The translations under genes and the position numbers were made by a program. The notes under the pieces were generated by a model. That model was not told the origin of the DNA. It saw only the letters and a program-made list of their open reading frames with translations, and made no database searches. Shown piece after piece: positions 22,521 to 34,737 of a DNA stretch of 48,544 nucleotides; position 1 is the first letter of the stretch, and every line of letters starts with the position of its first letter. The stretch is from assembly GCF_004010195.1 (NCBI RefSeq), contig NC_057711.1, positions 72,392,312 through 72,440,855 of the forward strand, in the 5' to 3' direction. The stretch is from Chiloscyllium plagiosum (Eukaryota).

Positions 22521-23205
22521 TGGGACAGAACCTCATAGACACTCACTTCCAACAGATGCAAGCTGGGTACAGCAAACAATCATGTTGCAAAGTATTCTTT
22601 GGTCATGATGCCAAAATTATTATCTGGATGAACTTCAGCCCTCTATTTGACTCTGATTGTGTTTCTCTTTGCTTTCTGTAAATCAGAGCTGGTGTTTGTA
22701 TTTGTCCACTTGCTTGACTGTATGTGATGTTCCCCTCCTGTACAATGGCAATCTTGCATGTCTACGATGTGTGTTGTGCTGATTTAGAGGGTACTCAAAC
22801 ATGGTGGATCGGTACTGTGTGTGGTGTGGTGGTTGAACTGTGATGAGGGTGACAGAATGAGAGTGTATGTGTGAGGTAGAGTCAGACATGCTGACTATGT
22901 GCTGTAGATAGTTTAGCTTTGTATTTGCTGTGGCATGCCAAAGCCAGTGCAGGGACTTGCCGGATTGCCAACACTTGCCCAGCTACAGAACAGGCTTTCA
23001 AACGGCACAGGCACAAGCAGATATCTGCTGAGTAGCGAGTTGTTTTGGGGAAAGGTGTGTGGTAAAATGGGGTCAGGATCTGGTGTGAGAGATGCTGTAG
23101 GGCCATGGCAGATCATTAATGTGTCGTGTTTAACAAGATAGGACAATCAAATTCCTTAGGCCTTGGGGCGAAAACCCTCCAAAAAGCCTGATGCATTTCA
23201 GACTT

Positions 23206-23431
23206 GGTCAAAAAGTGTGGTGCTGGAAAATCACAGCCAATCAGGCAGCATCTGAGGAGCAGGAGAGTTGATGTTTTGAGCATAAGCTCTTCATCAGGAA
23301 CATGATGAAGAGCTTATGCTCGAAACATTGACCGTCTTGCTCCTCAAATGCTGTCTGATTGGCTGTGCTTTTCCAGCACCGCACTTTTTGACTCTGATCT
23401 CCAGCATCTGAAATCCTCACTTTTGCTTTCT
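23206..23431. mobile_element. Fold-back Penelope-like element (226 bp)
   Basis: TSD TTTCAGACTT (23196-23205, 23432-23441); about 90-bp inverted arms, each with a decayed TGATGAAGAGCTTATGCTC(G)AAAC hammerhead core. Confidence 0.9.
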
Positions 23432-24488
23432 TTTCAGACTTAGCCAAAATAAAACTTAAGATTCGGTCCAATGTATTTTCTTCATAAAACTGTTTCAGTT
23501 TATGTAAGTTCCAGGCATTAAAACCAGATTATGGAAGTTGAAAATTGATAATCCCCATTTCATTACTATCGTGAAAGTAATGTATATTATATTCAAGAAC
23601 CTGTGAGGTGATCTATGTTTTTGGCACATTAGAGAATGCCATGATTAGGAACAGTGTGGACCTTCGAATGTTTTTCCCACATTGTTGGTTATCCATTCAA
23701 AAAAATGACATGACTGTTCCATCTAGTGAAGAAAACATTAGTTCCTTGCTTGATACATGTAGGTGTTGCAGCTTGACAGATGTTACTGATGTTCCACTTA
23801 ATCACCTTAGAATGAACATGAGCCATAAATGCTAAACATAATACAGTAGTGGCATTTGCAGCACTGACATGCCTGTGGAAGAGGTTCACAAACCTAAATA
23901 CAGAGCTTATTAAGCAGTTGTTATCAGTAGAATCTCAAATAATACAGTCAAATAAATGTAGAGTGAAACATCCACAACATTTTCTGTAAGATATTTCCTC
24001 AATCATTGGTGACTCTTCATGCTGAAACTATGCATTCTGATCCGACACTCTCCCATGAAGGGAAACATCCTTTGGCAAGGAGAGTTTAGATTCGTTACAT
24101 TTCTTAGATCATCAGTTATTGGGAGAAGCAGATGATTAAACAGTCATACTGGCCAGAATCAATGAGAGCCATGGGGGAAAGCGAAGCAAGGTCTTTCTTG
24201 ACGTCAGGAGCAACAAGTCACATTCTCCAAGTGGATATCAAGATGAGATTCTCAATAGTGAGTGGTGAGAGGTCTGTTCATGGGGATTAACAGTCATTAC
24301 AGTCCTCTTATTATTTAACGTTGTCTCATTAATGTGCAGTTTCCCATCCTACCATATGCTAGGAGAGAAACTAGATACCAAGATATCTCCACATGAAAAT
24401 CAGAGTGGGTATCTGGCAACTCCAGTTCACCTCTTGTTCCTCCCTCATAGACATCCAGCACCAACTTCTCAGGTTAGTATCCATGTAG

Positions 24489-24875
24489 CCCAAGCCTATT
24501 CAGCCTCTGCCCACAGCTCAAACCTTCCAACCCTGGCAACATCCCTATTAATCTTTTCTGAACCCTTTCAAATTTCAAAACATCCTTCCTGTAGCAGGGA
24601 GATCAGAATTGAACACAGTATTCCAAAAGTGGCCTAACCAATGTCCTTTACAGGCATAACATGACCTCCCAACACCCATACTCAATGCACTGATCAATAA
24701 AGTGTCCCAAGCGCCTTCTTTACTATCCTATGTAACTGTGACTCCACTGTCAAAGAATTATGAACCTGTACTCCAAAGTCTCTTTGTTCAGCAACACTCC
24801 CCAGGATGTTATCATTAAGTGTATAAGTCCTGCTCTGATTTGCCTTTCCAAAATGCAGCACCTCACATTTATCTA
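24489..24875 (-). mobile_element. CR1 LINE internal fragment
   Basis: Reverse complement of CR1 ORF2 region 46010-46400. Confidence 0.88.
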
Positions 24876-24935
24876 GGGGAAATGCAAAGCCTATGGGGTT
24901 GACAGAGAGGGATACTGGAAAGGAGTTGCTTATTG

Positions 24936-25152
24936 GAGGAGAAAGTGAGGACTGCAGATGCTGGAGATCATAGCTGAAAATGTGTTGCTGGAAAAGCGCA
25001 GCAGGTCAGGCAGCATCCAAGGAACAGGAGAATCGACGTTTCGGGCATAAGCCCTTCTTCAAGAATGAGGAAAGTGTGTCCAGCAGGCTAAGATAAAAGG
25101 TAGGGAGGGGGTTCCTAGGCGGAAGATGAGGCGCTCTTCCTCCAACGATGGT
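24936..25152 (-). mobile_element. Internally deleted Penelope-like 3' end
   Basis: Perfect 16-bp TSD AAGGAGTTGCTTATTG (24920-24935, 25153-25168); LEEERLIFRLGT GIY-YIG remnant; TTGAAGAAGGGCTTATGCCCGAAACGTC on minus. Confidence 0.92.
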
Positions 25153-26119
25153 AAGGAGTTGCTTATTGCCAAACATCCCCGATCCAAAGGGGGGGCATTG
25201 TTTCCTTCTATTGGGCATAAGTGGAGATGGAGATGTCAGCAACCACACTTGAAGTGGGCAGGGTAAGTTCAGTGAGGGAGAGGGCTTCAATTTCAATGAA
25301 GTAAAATCCTTCATAGGTGTTAGCTATGCTGAATCCCACCTATGGGCACCACATGCTTTGTGAACCTACTGTATGCAGTCCAAAGCCTTGCTCCAGGCAC
25401 CCCTGACAAACACACTGGTGGTGAATTCCAGTTATGCCTGTGATGCAACAACAATTGCTGTTTACTGGGAAAGATATAGCCTAGCTGCCAAGGCAGACGT
25501 CACCCATGGTGCACGAGCTGAATATGAAAATGATGGCACCATGGAGTGGCCTCTCCTGCCCGGGTCTGGGTTGGTATCTTGTCTCCTAAAGTGCTCTGAG
25601 TGCCAGCGACTGGGGCCTTTTCTTCCTCAGGCAGCTGCAAATGTGACAACAGAGTGGTCACCAGCAGGTGCTCCCGATGTTCATCTCAATAAAATACCCA
25701 CCAAAGTGTTGGCATCTGAGCTGGGAGGGGGTTTCAAGAGGCAGCCTTACTAATGCTTCCTCTGAGGCATCCATGGTCTCTTCCTCAGAAGAGAAGCAGG
25801 GGCATGTCTTGCCTCTTAACAAAGGAGTCCATGGACATTCTATTCATGCCTGCAGGAGACAAAAAAGAGAAGGTTGCGACCAAGAGGTAGACATTTTGGC
25901 ATGTTCACATTAAGTTCGCAGTGAGAATAATGGGAGAGTAACATAGAAACAAGCAACATTGCCCAACTGATTGCTGGGACATGGATATTTCTGCACCCCA
26001 GTCCCAGTCTTCATCGTCCAGCACCAGATCCTCTCCTTGTAGTGGGCGAAGAGACAAATATTGTCTACTCCGCTGACCACTCCTTACCCTTTTGTTTTGG
26101 CTGTTTTCTCCTGGAATAA

Positions 26120-26446
26120 GGGTGGCATGGTGGCTCAGTGGTTAACACTGCTGCCTCACAGCACCAGGGTCCCAGGTTCGATTCCAGCCTCGGGCAACTG
26201 TGTGGAGTTTGCACATTCTCCCCGTGTCTGTGTGGGCTTCCTCCAGGTGCTCCAGTTTCCTCCCACAGTCCAAAGATGTGCAGGTTAAGTGAATTGGCCA
26301 TGCTAAATTGCCCGTAGTGTTAGGTGCATCAGTCAGGGGTAAATGTAGGGGAATGGGTCTGGGTGGGTTGCTGTTCGGAAGGTCGGTGTGGACTTGTTGG
26401 GCTGAAGGACCCGTTTCCACCCTATAGGGAATCTAATCTAATCTAA
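26120..26446 (+). mobile_element. HE1-type SINE, full length
   Basis: A-box TGGCTCAGTGG, B-box GGTTCGATTCC, central V-domain, CR1-like tail, (AATCT)n end. Confidence 0.96.
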
Positions 26447-26659
26447 CTGAGTGAGGTGAAACTGTGGCCACAGCTGTTAGCACATAGGGGCCATGTATTG
26501 AGGTGACCTGAGTGGGTATGGCTTATTAGCATGGGGTGTTCGGGTGGCAAGAGAGAGAGGGAAGATGTTGGAGACAACAGTGAGAATGGCAGGAGATGGG
26601 TACATCAGCAGAAATATAGTCAGCATGATCTAGCATCACTGAACTTAACCCAGATGGAG

Positions 26660-26860
26660 GGGAGATGTTAATTGACCTGCATCCTGTACTTTGGACTATG
26701 GATACTGCACAAACCCGAATGAACATGATCTCTGTCCAGACTGGCAGTCTGATGGCCATCCTGATGGAAGAGAACACCCTTCCTCTGCACCATCCCACCC
26801 ACCATGGCCTTGAAAGCCCTGTCCTCAAAGTGGAGCGATAATTTTCCTTTCTCAGTCGTG
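26660..26860 (-). pseudogene. Harbinger-associated Myb/SANT-like DNA-binding protein relic
   Basis: EKGKLSLHFEDRAFKAMVGGMVQRKGVLFHQDG then, after a frameshift, LPVWTEI..RVCAVSIVQSTGCRSIN; fits the F-x-x-x-E...LF...W-x-EI...C-x-K trihelix pattern of Harbinger ORF2. Confidence 0.7.
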
Positions 26861-28169
26861 CTTAGTGCAAATATTAGCAAATGTACAGGGTATCCCTGGA
26901 GCGCCAGCACGAGAACACATGTACAATGATCTTATAAACATGTTGCCAGAAATAGTAAGGCCAGAGAATATTCAGGTACTGGTGGGCTCTTCCAGCTACA
27001 GCAGATGGATTGGACAGGAAGGGAACTGTAGGGAGGTAATAAGTAGTTAATGAAGTGGGTTCGAAAGGATCTTGTGTGAAAATGTGCTAGAACTCGCAGG
27101 GAGAAACCTTCCATGAAACTTGACAAATCTGAGAAAAATATATTGAATATTCAGCTCGCTGTTAGTAATTTTGACTTGAGGCCAAAGTGTAAAATGTCAT
27201 CGATTAAACATCTCACCTGATTTACATTTCAAGTGAAGTTTGTTTGGGAGAGATGCTGAATGAGTGGGCAAGTTAACTTTTGAGATTTTACACCATGGAA
27301 TGTTAAAATTCCCACCTTCTGAATTTTGTCTGGCTTTGAAAGAATCACAACATCCAATAAACCTGACGTTATTTAATTCAATGTATTAAGTATATTGAAA
27401 TCAAAGAATGCTTCACCGTCAAAGCGTGGCGAGAAAGATGAAGATGATTTATCATTGTGCAGACTGATCTGCAAAAAGAATCAATCTATGCTTCAATTTA
27501 GTAGTGATTAGTCATGGCCAGACTGTCCTGTGAGTCTATAATAAACTTTTGTTCAGCTTATCATTGGAATATTGTTATCATTATTGAATATACAAAGAAC
27601 AGAGTAAATAAAAATGCTCACACAGCCCAGAGCACACAGAAGACAGCCTGGAGTAGTAAATAGTGACTTACAGATTTAGCATTAGCACACCTCAAGTAGT
27701 TTCGAAATCATTGTCACATCTCAGGATGAAAGAACAACATTCAAAAGTCACAGATTTAACTTTCTGATCAAGTTAACAAAGCTTGAATTGTGGCTTCTTA
27801 TTGGTGTGACTTTCTATGTAATACAAAGTGTTCCTTTTCAGTTACTCAGCTTTGTATCTTATAGTATCTAATTGTCAAGCCCTCATGCAAAATCAGTCAT
27901 CAAGACATCCCTCCCATATCGTACTTATCAGAGGTACTTAGGATTTGCCTGCTTGGTGTATATAGGTTAGACGCCATCCCTCACTAAACATACTGTAAAA
28001 GATTTTACAAACAAATTATGACTGGTATATTTCATGTACTCCTAGCTCCACTACCATCACCCCCACCCCACCTAAACTTGACCTCGCTCCATCAGCAATA
28101 GGTTCCCCTTGTCCTCACTTTCAACCTTAACAATCTCTGAATTCAAAAGATCATTTTCTGCCATAAAGC

Positions 28170-28760
28170 GCATTCCTCCCAGAGGGTGGCTAAGAGTCAG
28201 CCCCATTGCTGTGGGTCTGAAGTCACATGTAAGCCGTACTAGATAAGGATCACGGGGCGGCATGGTGGCTCAGTGGTTAGCACTGCTGCTTCACAGCGCC
28301 AGGGATCTGGGTTCAATTTCCACCTTGGGCAACTGTCTGTGTGGAGTTTGCACATTGTCCCTGTGTCTGCGTGAGTTTCCTTCGGGTGCTCCGGTTTCCT
28401 CCCACAGTCCAAAGATGTGCAGGTTAGGTGAATTGGCCATGATAAGTTGCCCGCAGTGTTTGGTGCAAGGATAAATGTAGAGGAATGGGTCTGGGTGGGT
28501 TGCACTTCGGAGGGTCGGTGTGGACTTGTTGGGCCGAAGGGCCTGTTTCCACTCTGTAGCAAATCTAATCTAACCACAGATTCCTTCCCTAATGACACTA
28601 ATGAACCAGATGGGTTTTCCCCGACAACAAGCAATGGATTCATGGCCATCATCAGACTCTTAATTCCAGATTTAATTTAAGTAAATCCAAATTCTAACAT
28701 TGGCCATGGCAAGATTTGAACCAGTTTCCCAAGATCATTACCTGGGTTACTGAATAAATA
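28170..28760 (-). mobile_element. Older tRNA-derived SINE split by an HE1 insertion
   Basis: B-box-like GGTTCAAATC on minus at about 28713-28722; continuous body across the HE1 copy (TAAGGAT...CAGATTCCTTCCCTAA). Confidence 0.65.
28255..28573 (+). mobile_element. HE1-type SINE, full length
   Basis: GGGCGGCATGGTGGCTCAGTGGTTAGC head, B-box, CR1-like tail, (AATCT)n. Confidence 0.96.
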
Positions 28761-28929
28761 ATTTTTGTATAACAACACAAATCTGTAACCGGAAGAATAA
28801 ATATTATCTAATGACTCATTCAAACTCAACACTGAACAGATCTGCATGGAATCGTTTGCATGTCCACACCAATTGTGGGTTTTTTCTACATCTGAGAAAA
28901 GTCTGCCTAACTACACAATTATTCTCCTG

Positions 28930-29400
28930 CATATAACATGCATTGACACCAACACTACTCCTAATCCTACTGTATTAGCACCTGCATCTTACATTTGGAT
29001 CAAAGCATCAGAAAGTTCAAATACTTTTCAAGGTGCCTTTCAAAGGTTTGAATGTAGCTTTCTGTTTCTCATCAAACTTAAATTGTCCATTCGCTCTGGC
29101 CAATTTCCTCAATAGATTTCTTCCATAATGGCCCACAAGTCCCAGAAAGTTTCTTACTTTGCTGGCATTTTGTGGTTAACTAGTCTCTGCTGATGTTTCA
29201 ATCTTGTCTTTAGTTGGATTGATTCTGTCGCATATGAGTTTATTTCCCATGGATATTGCTTCTGTTATGTCCAGGAAGCACTTGTTTATATTTATCATAA
29301 GTCCTATTGACTGCAATCTAACCAATATTAATCTTGTTTCTCATCCAGATCCTTTCCAAGAAGCTGAATGGAATGCTGGTTGTTATATGTAGAGGATTGG
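28930..29400 (-). pseudogene. Highly decayed Gypsy pol fragment (RT/RNase H connection)
   Basis: Minus translation PQNASKVRNFLGLVGHYG...LRKLARANGQFKFDEKQKATFKPLK. Confidence 0.75.
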
Positions 29401-29439
29401 ATCAAGGGCTACAGTTATGCTACAGTTATACAAAACCCT

Positions 29440-29845
29440 GGTAAACTAAGAGTCATTGAGCAAATTTGGGAATCACATCTTGGGAAGAATTGATTGGCAT
29501 TGAAGGGAGGACAATGTATGTTCACAAGAATAATGCTAGGACTTAAAGTGTTATGAGGAGAGATTATACAAATTAGGCATATTTCTCTAGAATTCAGAAA
29601 GTTAAGATGTGATTTGATTGAACTTTTCATGATATTAACAGAAAAAGATAAAAATAAATTATTTCCAATGGTTGGAGATTCCAGAACTAGGGAGCATAGT
29701 TTAAAAGTTTGGGCCAGACCATTCAGGAGAAATGTTATGAAGCACACTTATGCACAAAGGTTAGTGGAGGTTTGAAACTCTCTTCCACAAATCACAGTTA
29801 ATGCTGTATCAGTTTTTCATTTTAAAGCTGAAATGGATAATTCCA
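29440..29845 (+). mobile_element. Old CR1 3' fragment
   Basis: SLEFRKLRCDLIELF, LFPMVGDSRTREHSLK and QRLVEV*NSLP motifs. Confidence 0.8.
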
Positions 29846-31672
29846 TCACTGTCTGGTGAATCTGCTCTACACTTTCTCTGTTGGAAACCTTTTTCATAAA
29901 ATGTTATTTAATTCCTACTGCAACAAAGAAAATGTATCAATGATTGCTGTTTGAGTCCTCACTGTGTCTTTTTTATGCCATCTTACTATTGTGCTACTTT
30001 CATCTCTTTCCTTTACATGGTTTGTCAAGCTTCCCTCTCAATTTAGTTTTGTTTCTGTGTTTCTTGGTAAAATCGACTACACAGTTCCTGCATGTCTTTC
30101 CTTTAACGGAGCAGCCGGCAACACTTTTATAGCGCTCCAAGTTTCCACATCTGAAACATTGTCTTTCAGACCGCTGCTCAGACCCTTTCTATTTACAAGT
30201 ACCTGGATTCCCACATGCCTTTTGGTTGATCTTTGCAGAGAAGGTGCAGAATATTCTCAAAGGGAGTGCGACCAGCAGGCGGTCATTGTACACAGTGGAT
30301 CTAAAGACATAGGAAGTGAAAAGGATGATATTCTGAGGAGAAAATATAGGAAGTTTGGCAGAAATTTAGAAAGTAGGTCCTTGAGGGTAGTAATATCTGG
30401 ATCACTCCTAGTGCCACGAGTAAGTGAGGGGAGGGAATAGGAGGATAGAGCAGATGAATACGTGGCTGAGGGGGAGAAGGATTCACATTTTTGAATCAGT
30501 GAAATGTTTTCTAGGGTAGAAGTGACTTGTATAGAAATGACTTGTACATGAAGGACAGATTGTAGAGGTAGGAGATTTGTAAGAGCTGCTTGGAAGGATT
30601 TAAACTAGCAGCAGCAAGGCAGCCTTTGTGGGGAGACGCAGAAAATGGGGGAGATACTAAATGAGTATTTTGCATCAGTATTTACTGTGCAAAAGGATAT
30701 GGAAGATATAGAAAGTAGCGAAATACATGGTGACACCTTGCAAAATGCCCATATTATAGAGGAGGAAGTGCTGGATGTCTTGAAACGCATAAAGGTGGAT
30801 AAATTCCCAGGACTTGATCAGGTGTACCCGAGAACTCTGTGGAAAGCGAGAGAAGTGATTGCTAGGCCTCTTGCTGAGATATTTGTATCATCGATAGTCA
30901 CAGGTGAGGTGCCGGAAGACTGGAGGTTGGCTAACGTGGTGCCACTGTTTAAGAAAAGCGGTAAAGACAAACCAGGGAACTATAGACCAGAGAGCCTGAC
31001 ATTGGTGGTGGAAAGTTATTGGAGGGAATCCTGAGGGACAGGCTGTACATGTATTTGGAAAGGCAAGGACCGATTAGGGATAGTCAACATGGCTTTGTGC
31101 GTGGGAAATCATGTCTCACAAACTTGATTGAGTTTTTTGAAGAAGTAACAAAGAGGATTGATGAGGGCAGAGCAATTGATGTGATCTGTATGGACTTCAG
31201 TAAGGCGTTCGACAAGGTTCCCCATGGGAGACTGATTAGCAAGGTTAGATCTCATGGAATACAGGGAGAACTAGCCATTTGGATACAGAACTGGCTCAAA
31301 GGTAGAAGACAGAGGGTGGTGGTGGAGGGTTGTTTTTTAGACTGGAAACTGTGACCAGTGGAGTGCCACAAGGATCGGTGCTGGGTCATCTACTTTTTGT
31401 CATTTACATAAATGATTTGGATGCGAGCATAAGAGGTACAGTTAGTAAGTTTGCAGATGACACCAAAATTGGAGGTGTAGTGGACAGTGAAGAGGGTTAC
31501 CTCAAATTAAAATGGGATCTTGACCAGATGGGCCAATGGGCTGAAAAGTAACAGATGGAGTTTAATTCAGATAAATGCGAGTTGCTGCATTTTGGGAAAG
31601 CAAATCTTAGCAGGACGTATACACTTAATGGTAAGGTCCTAGGGAGTGTTCCTGAACAAAGAGACCTTGGAG

Positions 31673-31834
31673 GTCAGGCAGCATCCAAAGAGCAGGAGAA
31701 TCGACGTTTCGGGCTTAAGCCCTTCTTCAGGAAGGCTTATGCCCAAAACATTGATTCTCCTGCTCCTTGGATACTGCCTGACCTGCTGCGCTTTTCCAGC
31801 TCTGATCTCCAGCATCTGCAGTCCTCACTTTCTC
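31673..31834. mobile_element. Fold-back Penelope-like element (162 bp) inside CR1
   Basis: Perfect 16-bp TSD CAAAGAGACCTTGGAG (31657-31672, 31835-31850); inverted arms. Confidence 0.93.
31700..31733 (-). ncRNA. Minimal type I hammerhead ribozyme motif (PLE type)
   Basis: Minus: TC-CTGAAGA-A-GGGC TTAA GCCC-GAA-ACGT-C-GA; core intact, palindromic stem III ACGT, GUC cleavage triplet. Confidence 0.7.
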
Positions 31835-33466
31835 CAAAGAGACCTTGGAGTACAGGTTCATAGCTCCTTGAAAGTGGAGTTGCATGTAGATAGGATAGTG
31901 AATAAGGTGTTTGGTATGCTTTCTTTTATTGGTCAGAGTATTGAGTACAGGAGTTGGGAGGTCATGTTACAGCTGTACAGGACATTGGTTAGGCCACTTT
32001 TGGAATATTGCGTGCAATTCTGGTCTCCATCCAGAAAGATGTTGTGAAACTTGAAAAGGTTCAGAAAAGATTGACAAGGGTGTTGTCAGGGTTGGAGGAT
32101 TTGAGCTATAGGGAGAGGCTGAACAGGCTGGCGCTGTTTTCCCTGGAGCGTCGGAGGCTGAGGGGTGACCTTATAGAGGGGCATGGATAGGGTAAATAGG
32201 CAAAGTCTTTTCCCTGAGGTCAGGGAGTCCAGAACTAGAGGGCATAGGTTTAGGGTGAGAGGGGAAAGATATACACAGAGAGTGGTATGTGTATGGAACG
32301 AGCTGCCAGAGAAAGTGGTGGAGGCGGGTATATTTCAGAAACTTTTGGATTGGTATATGAATAGGAAGGGTTTGGAGGTAAATTGGCTGGATGATGGTAG
32401 GTGGGACTAGATTGGGTTGGAATATCTGGTCGGCATGGACGGGTTGGACCGAAGGGTCTGTTTCTGTGCTGTACATCTCTTTGACTCTATGACTCTAGTA
32501 AGGGGGCTTGGGACCCACAGAGATAGAGAGGAAAGTGATCAGTCTGAGACTGGGACAGTTGGGAAAAAGTGTAAGTCAAACAGACAGGACAGACAGGAAC
32601 AAAGTAGAGAATGAGGTAGGACTAATAAATTAAACTGCATTTATATCAATGCAAGAGGCTTAACAAGTAAGGCAGATGAACTCAGGGCATGGGTAGGAGC
32701 ATGAGACTGGGATATAGCAATTACAGAGAAGTGACTCAGTAATAGACAGGACTGGCAGCTTAATGTTCCAGCATACAAATGCTACAGGAAGGATCAAAAG
32801 AGGGGAAAGAGATGAGGAGGGAGTGGCATTTTTGATTAGGGATAACATTACATCTGTATTCAGGGAGGGCATTCCTGTGAATACACCCAGGAAAGTTATT
32901 TGATTGGAACTGAAAAATAAACAAAGGATAATCGCCTTATTGATATTGTGCTATAGATCGCCCAATGGTCAGCAGGGAATTGAGAAACAATTTTTCAGGT
33001 AGATCTGTAAGAATGATTGGGTGGTTATGGCAGGGGATTTTAACTTTCTCAACATAGATTGGGACTGCCATAGTGTTAATGGTTTAGATGGAGAGGAATT
33101 TGTTAAGTGTGTCCAAGAAAGTTTTCTGATTCAGTGTGTGGATGTACCTGCTAGAGAAGGTGCAAAACTTGACCTACTCTTGGGAAATAAGGCAGGGCAG
33201 GTGGCTGAGGTGTCAGTGGGGGAGCACTTTGGGGTCAGCGACCATAATTCTATTAGTTTGAAAATAGTGATGGAAAAAGGTAGACTGGATCTGAAAATTG
33301 AAGTTCTAAATTGGAGGAAGGCCAATTTAGAGTATTAGGCAAGAACTTTCAAAAGTTGACTGGGGGGGAGGGGTGGTGGTGGGGGTTGCTGGTGGGGGTC
33401 GGGTGCTTGCAGGTAAAAGGACCACTGAAAAATGGGAAGCCTCCAAAAATGAGATTCCAGGGGATC

Positions 33467-33477
33467 CAAGATGGCGG
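33467..33477 (+). promoter_or_regulatory. YY1-type motif CAAGATGGCGG at the L1 5' end
   Basis: Consensus YY1 site 12 nt inside the element, as in internal L1 promoters. Confidence 0.7.
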
Positions 33478-33579
33478 TAATCCAGGAGGAATGCAGAGCT
33501 CAGCGCCGCAGAAAAAGCGGAACAAACTTCTAACCTGCCCAATCTGGACAATTGCGATATCCTGGGACCCTGGACAGAG

Positions 33580-34372
33580 ATGCCGAAGAAGGAAGGAGGA
33601 GAGTCCGAGACCGGGCCCATGGCCTTGATTACCTAACAGGCCCTGGTGAAGGATCTCGCAAAATCCCGCGAGATGTTGGGTAAGTAGATAGAGGAGAAGC
33701 TGGCCTTTATCTCTCTCATGCTGCAGAAGCATGAACAGCAGCTGAGAGACCTGGAAAGTAGGATGGATGAGGTTGAACACAGCGACAAGTGGTGGAAGCT
33801 GATAACAGTTCCTCCAAGGATAGGATCCAAGCCCTGGAGATGCAGGTTCGTAATTTGCATGACCAAGTGGGTGATCTTGAGAACCAGGGTAGGAGAACAA
33901 ATATTCAGATCGTCAGTCTGCCAGAGGCTAAGGAAGGTGTGTGGCCGGTGGAATTTATTGAGGATTGGTTGCCAAAATTCCTTAACTTGGAGGCTGGAAT
34001 GTGAGGCTTGAAAATTGAGAGGGCTCACCGGGCCATGGCGTGGAGATCAGGTCTGGGTCAACATCCTCGTCCTTTCTTGGACCGGTTTCATCACTATAGC
34101 GATAAGAAGAGAATCGTGGAAGTTTCCAGAACCCAGGGGAAGGATCCAATGGCCCTAATTTACGAGGGCTCTAAGATCATGTTCTTCCAGGACTTCTCAG
34201 TGCGGTGATCCAGTAAAGAAAACTCTATGACGCTGTCAAGAGAAGACTGAGGGAGCTTGGGATCCAGTACTCTCTGAGGTATCAGGTGGTGCTTTGGATC
34301 ACCTTAAGTGGATCCGTACATCTCTTTGACATTTTGGAGAAGGCAAGAGACTTTGTGGACAAATTGACCTAA
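33580..34372 (+). pseudogene. L1 ORF1 (coiled coil plus RRM/CTD, Transposase_22-like)
   Basis: DLENQGRRTNIQIVSLPE, IERAHR, PRPFL.RFH.Y.DK, YEGSKIMFFQDFS; stops and frameshifts. Confidence 0.92.
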
Positions 34373-34514
34373 TCTGCACATTTTAGTACATACAAATAGT
34401 AGTGTTGTTTGGGTATTTTTTTTGGTTTTGGAAAAAACAGAGGAAGTCTGGTTGAGGCTTTCTTTTCCTATAACTTTTATTGGTAATAACCTGATCTAAA
34501 CTATGTTTGGCAGC

Positions 34515-34737
34515 TTTTGGAGCGATGCTCCTTCATCAGGTGATAGTGGAGGGCTCAATCCTAACACAGAATTTATAGCAAAAAGTTTTGCTTAGGATTG
34601 AGCCCTCCACTATCACCTGATGAAGGAGCGTCGCTCCGAAAGCTAGTGTGCTTCCAAATAAACCTGTTGGACTATAACCTGGTGTTGTGTGATTTTTAAC
34701 TTTGTACACCCCAGTCCAACACCGGCATCTCCAAATC
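34515..34737 (+). mobile_element. Fold-back Penelope-like element (223 bp) in the L1 inter-ORF region
   Basis: Perfect 12-bp TSD ATGTTTGGCAGC (34503-34514, 34738-34749); 53-bp arms 34512-34564 / 34592-34644 with 2 mismatches. Confidence 0.92.
34614..34648 (+). ncRNA. Minimal type I hammerhead ribozyme motif (PLE type)
   Basis: CAC-CTGATGA-A-GGAGC GTC GCTCC-GAA-AGCT-A-GTG: stem I CAC/GTG, 5-bp stem II, palindromic stem III AGCT; predicted cut 3' of 34645. Confidence 0.72.

Larger units (their letters stand above)
30609..32497 (+). mobile_element. 5'-truncated CR1 LINE nested in the ORF1 end of the host CR1
   Basis: [43 protein letters not shown]; tail at 32480-32497; CTAG at both junctions. 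Confidence 0.94.

Noticed and set aside
33361..33405. G-run cluster with G-quadruplex potential (also 16884-16902 and 17650-17860)
   Set aside because: Best explained as slippage expansion of G-runs inside decayed repeats; no evidence of function.
33349..34028. Long antisense ORFs (183 and 131 aa) over the L1 5' region, as an ORF0-like gene
   Set aside because: They are the reverse frame of coiled-coil ORF1, and one runs out of the L1 into the host CR1, so they are not element-encoded units.
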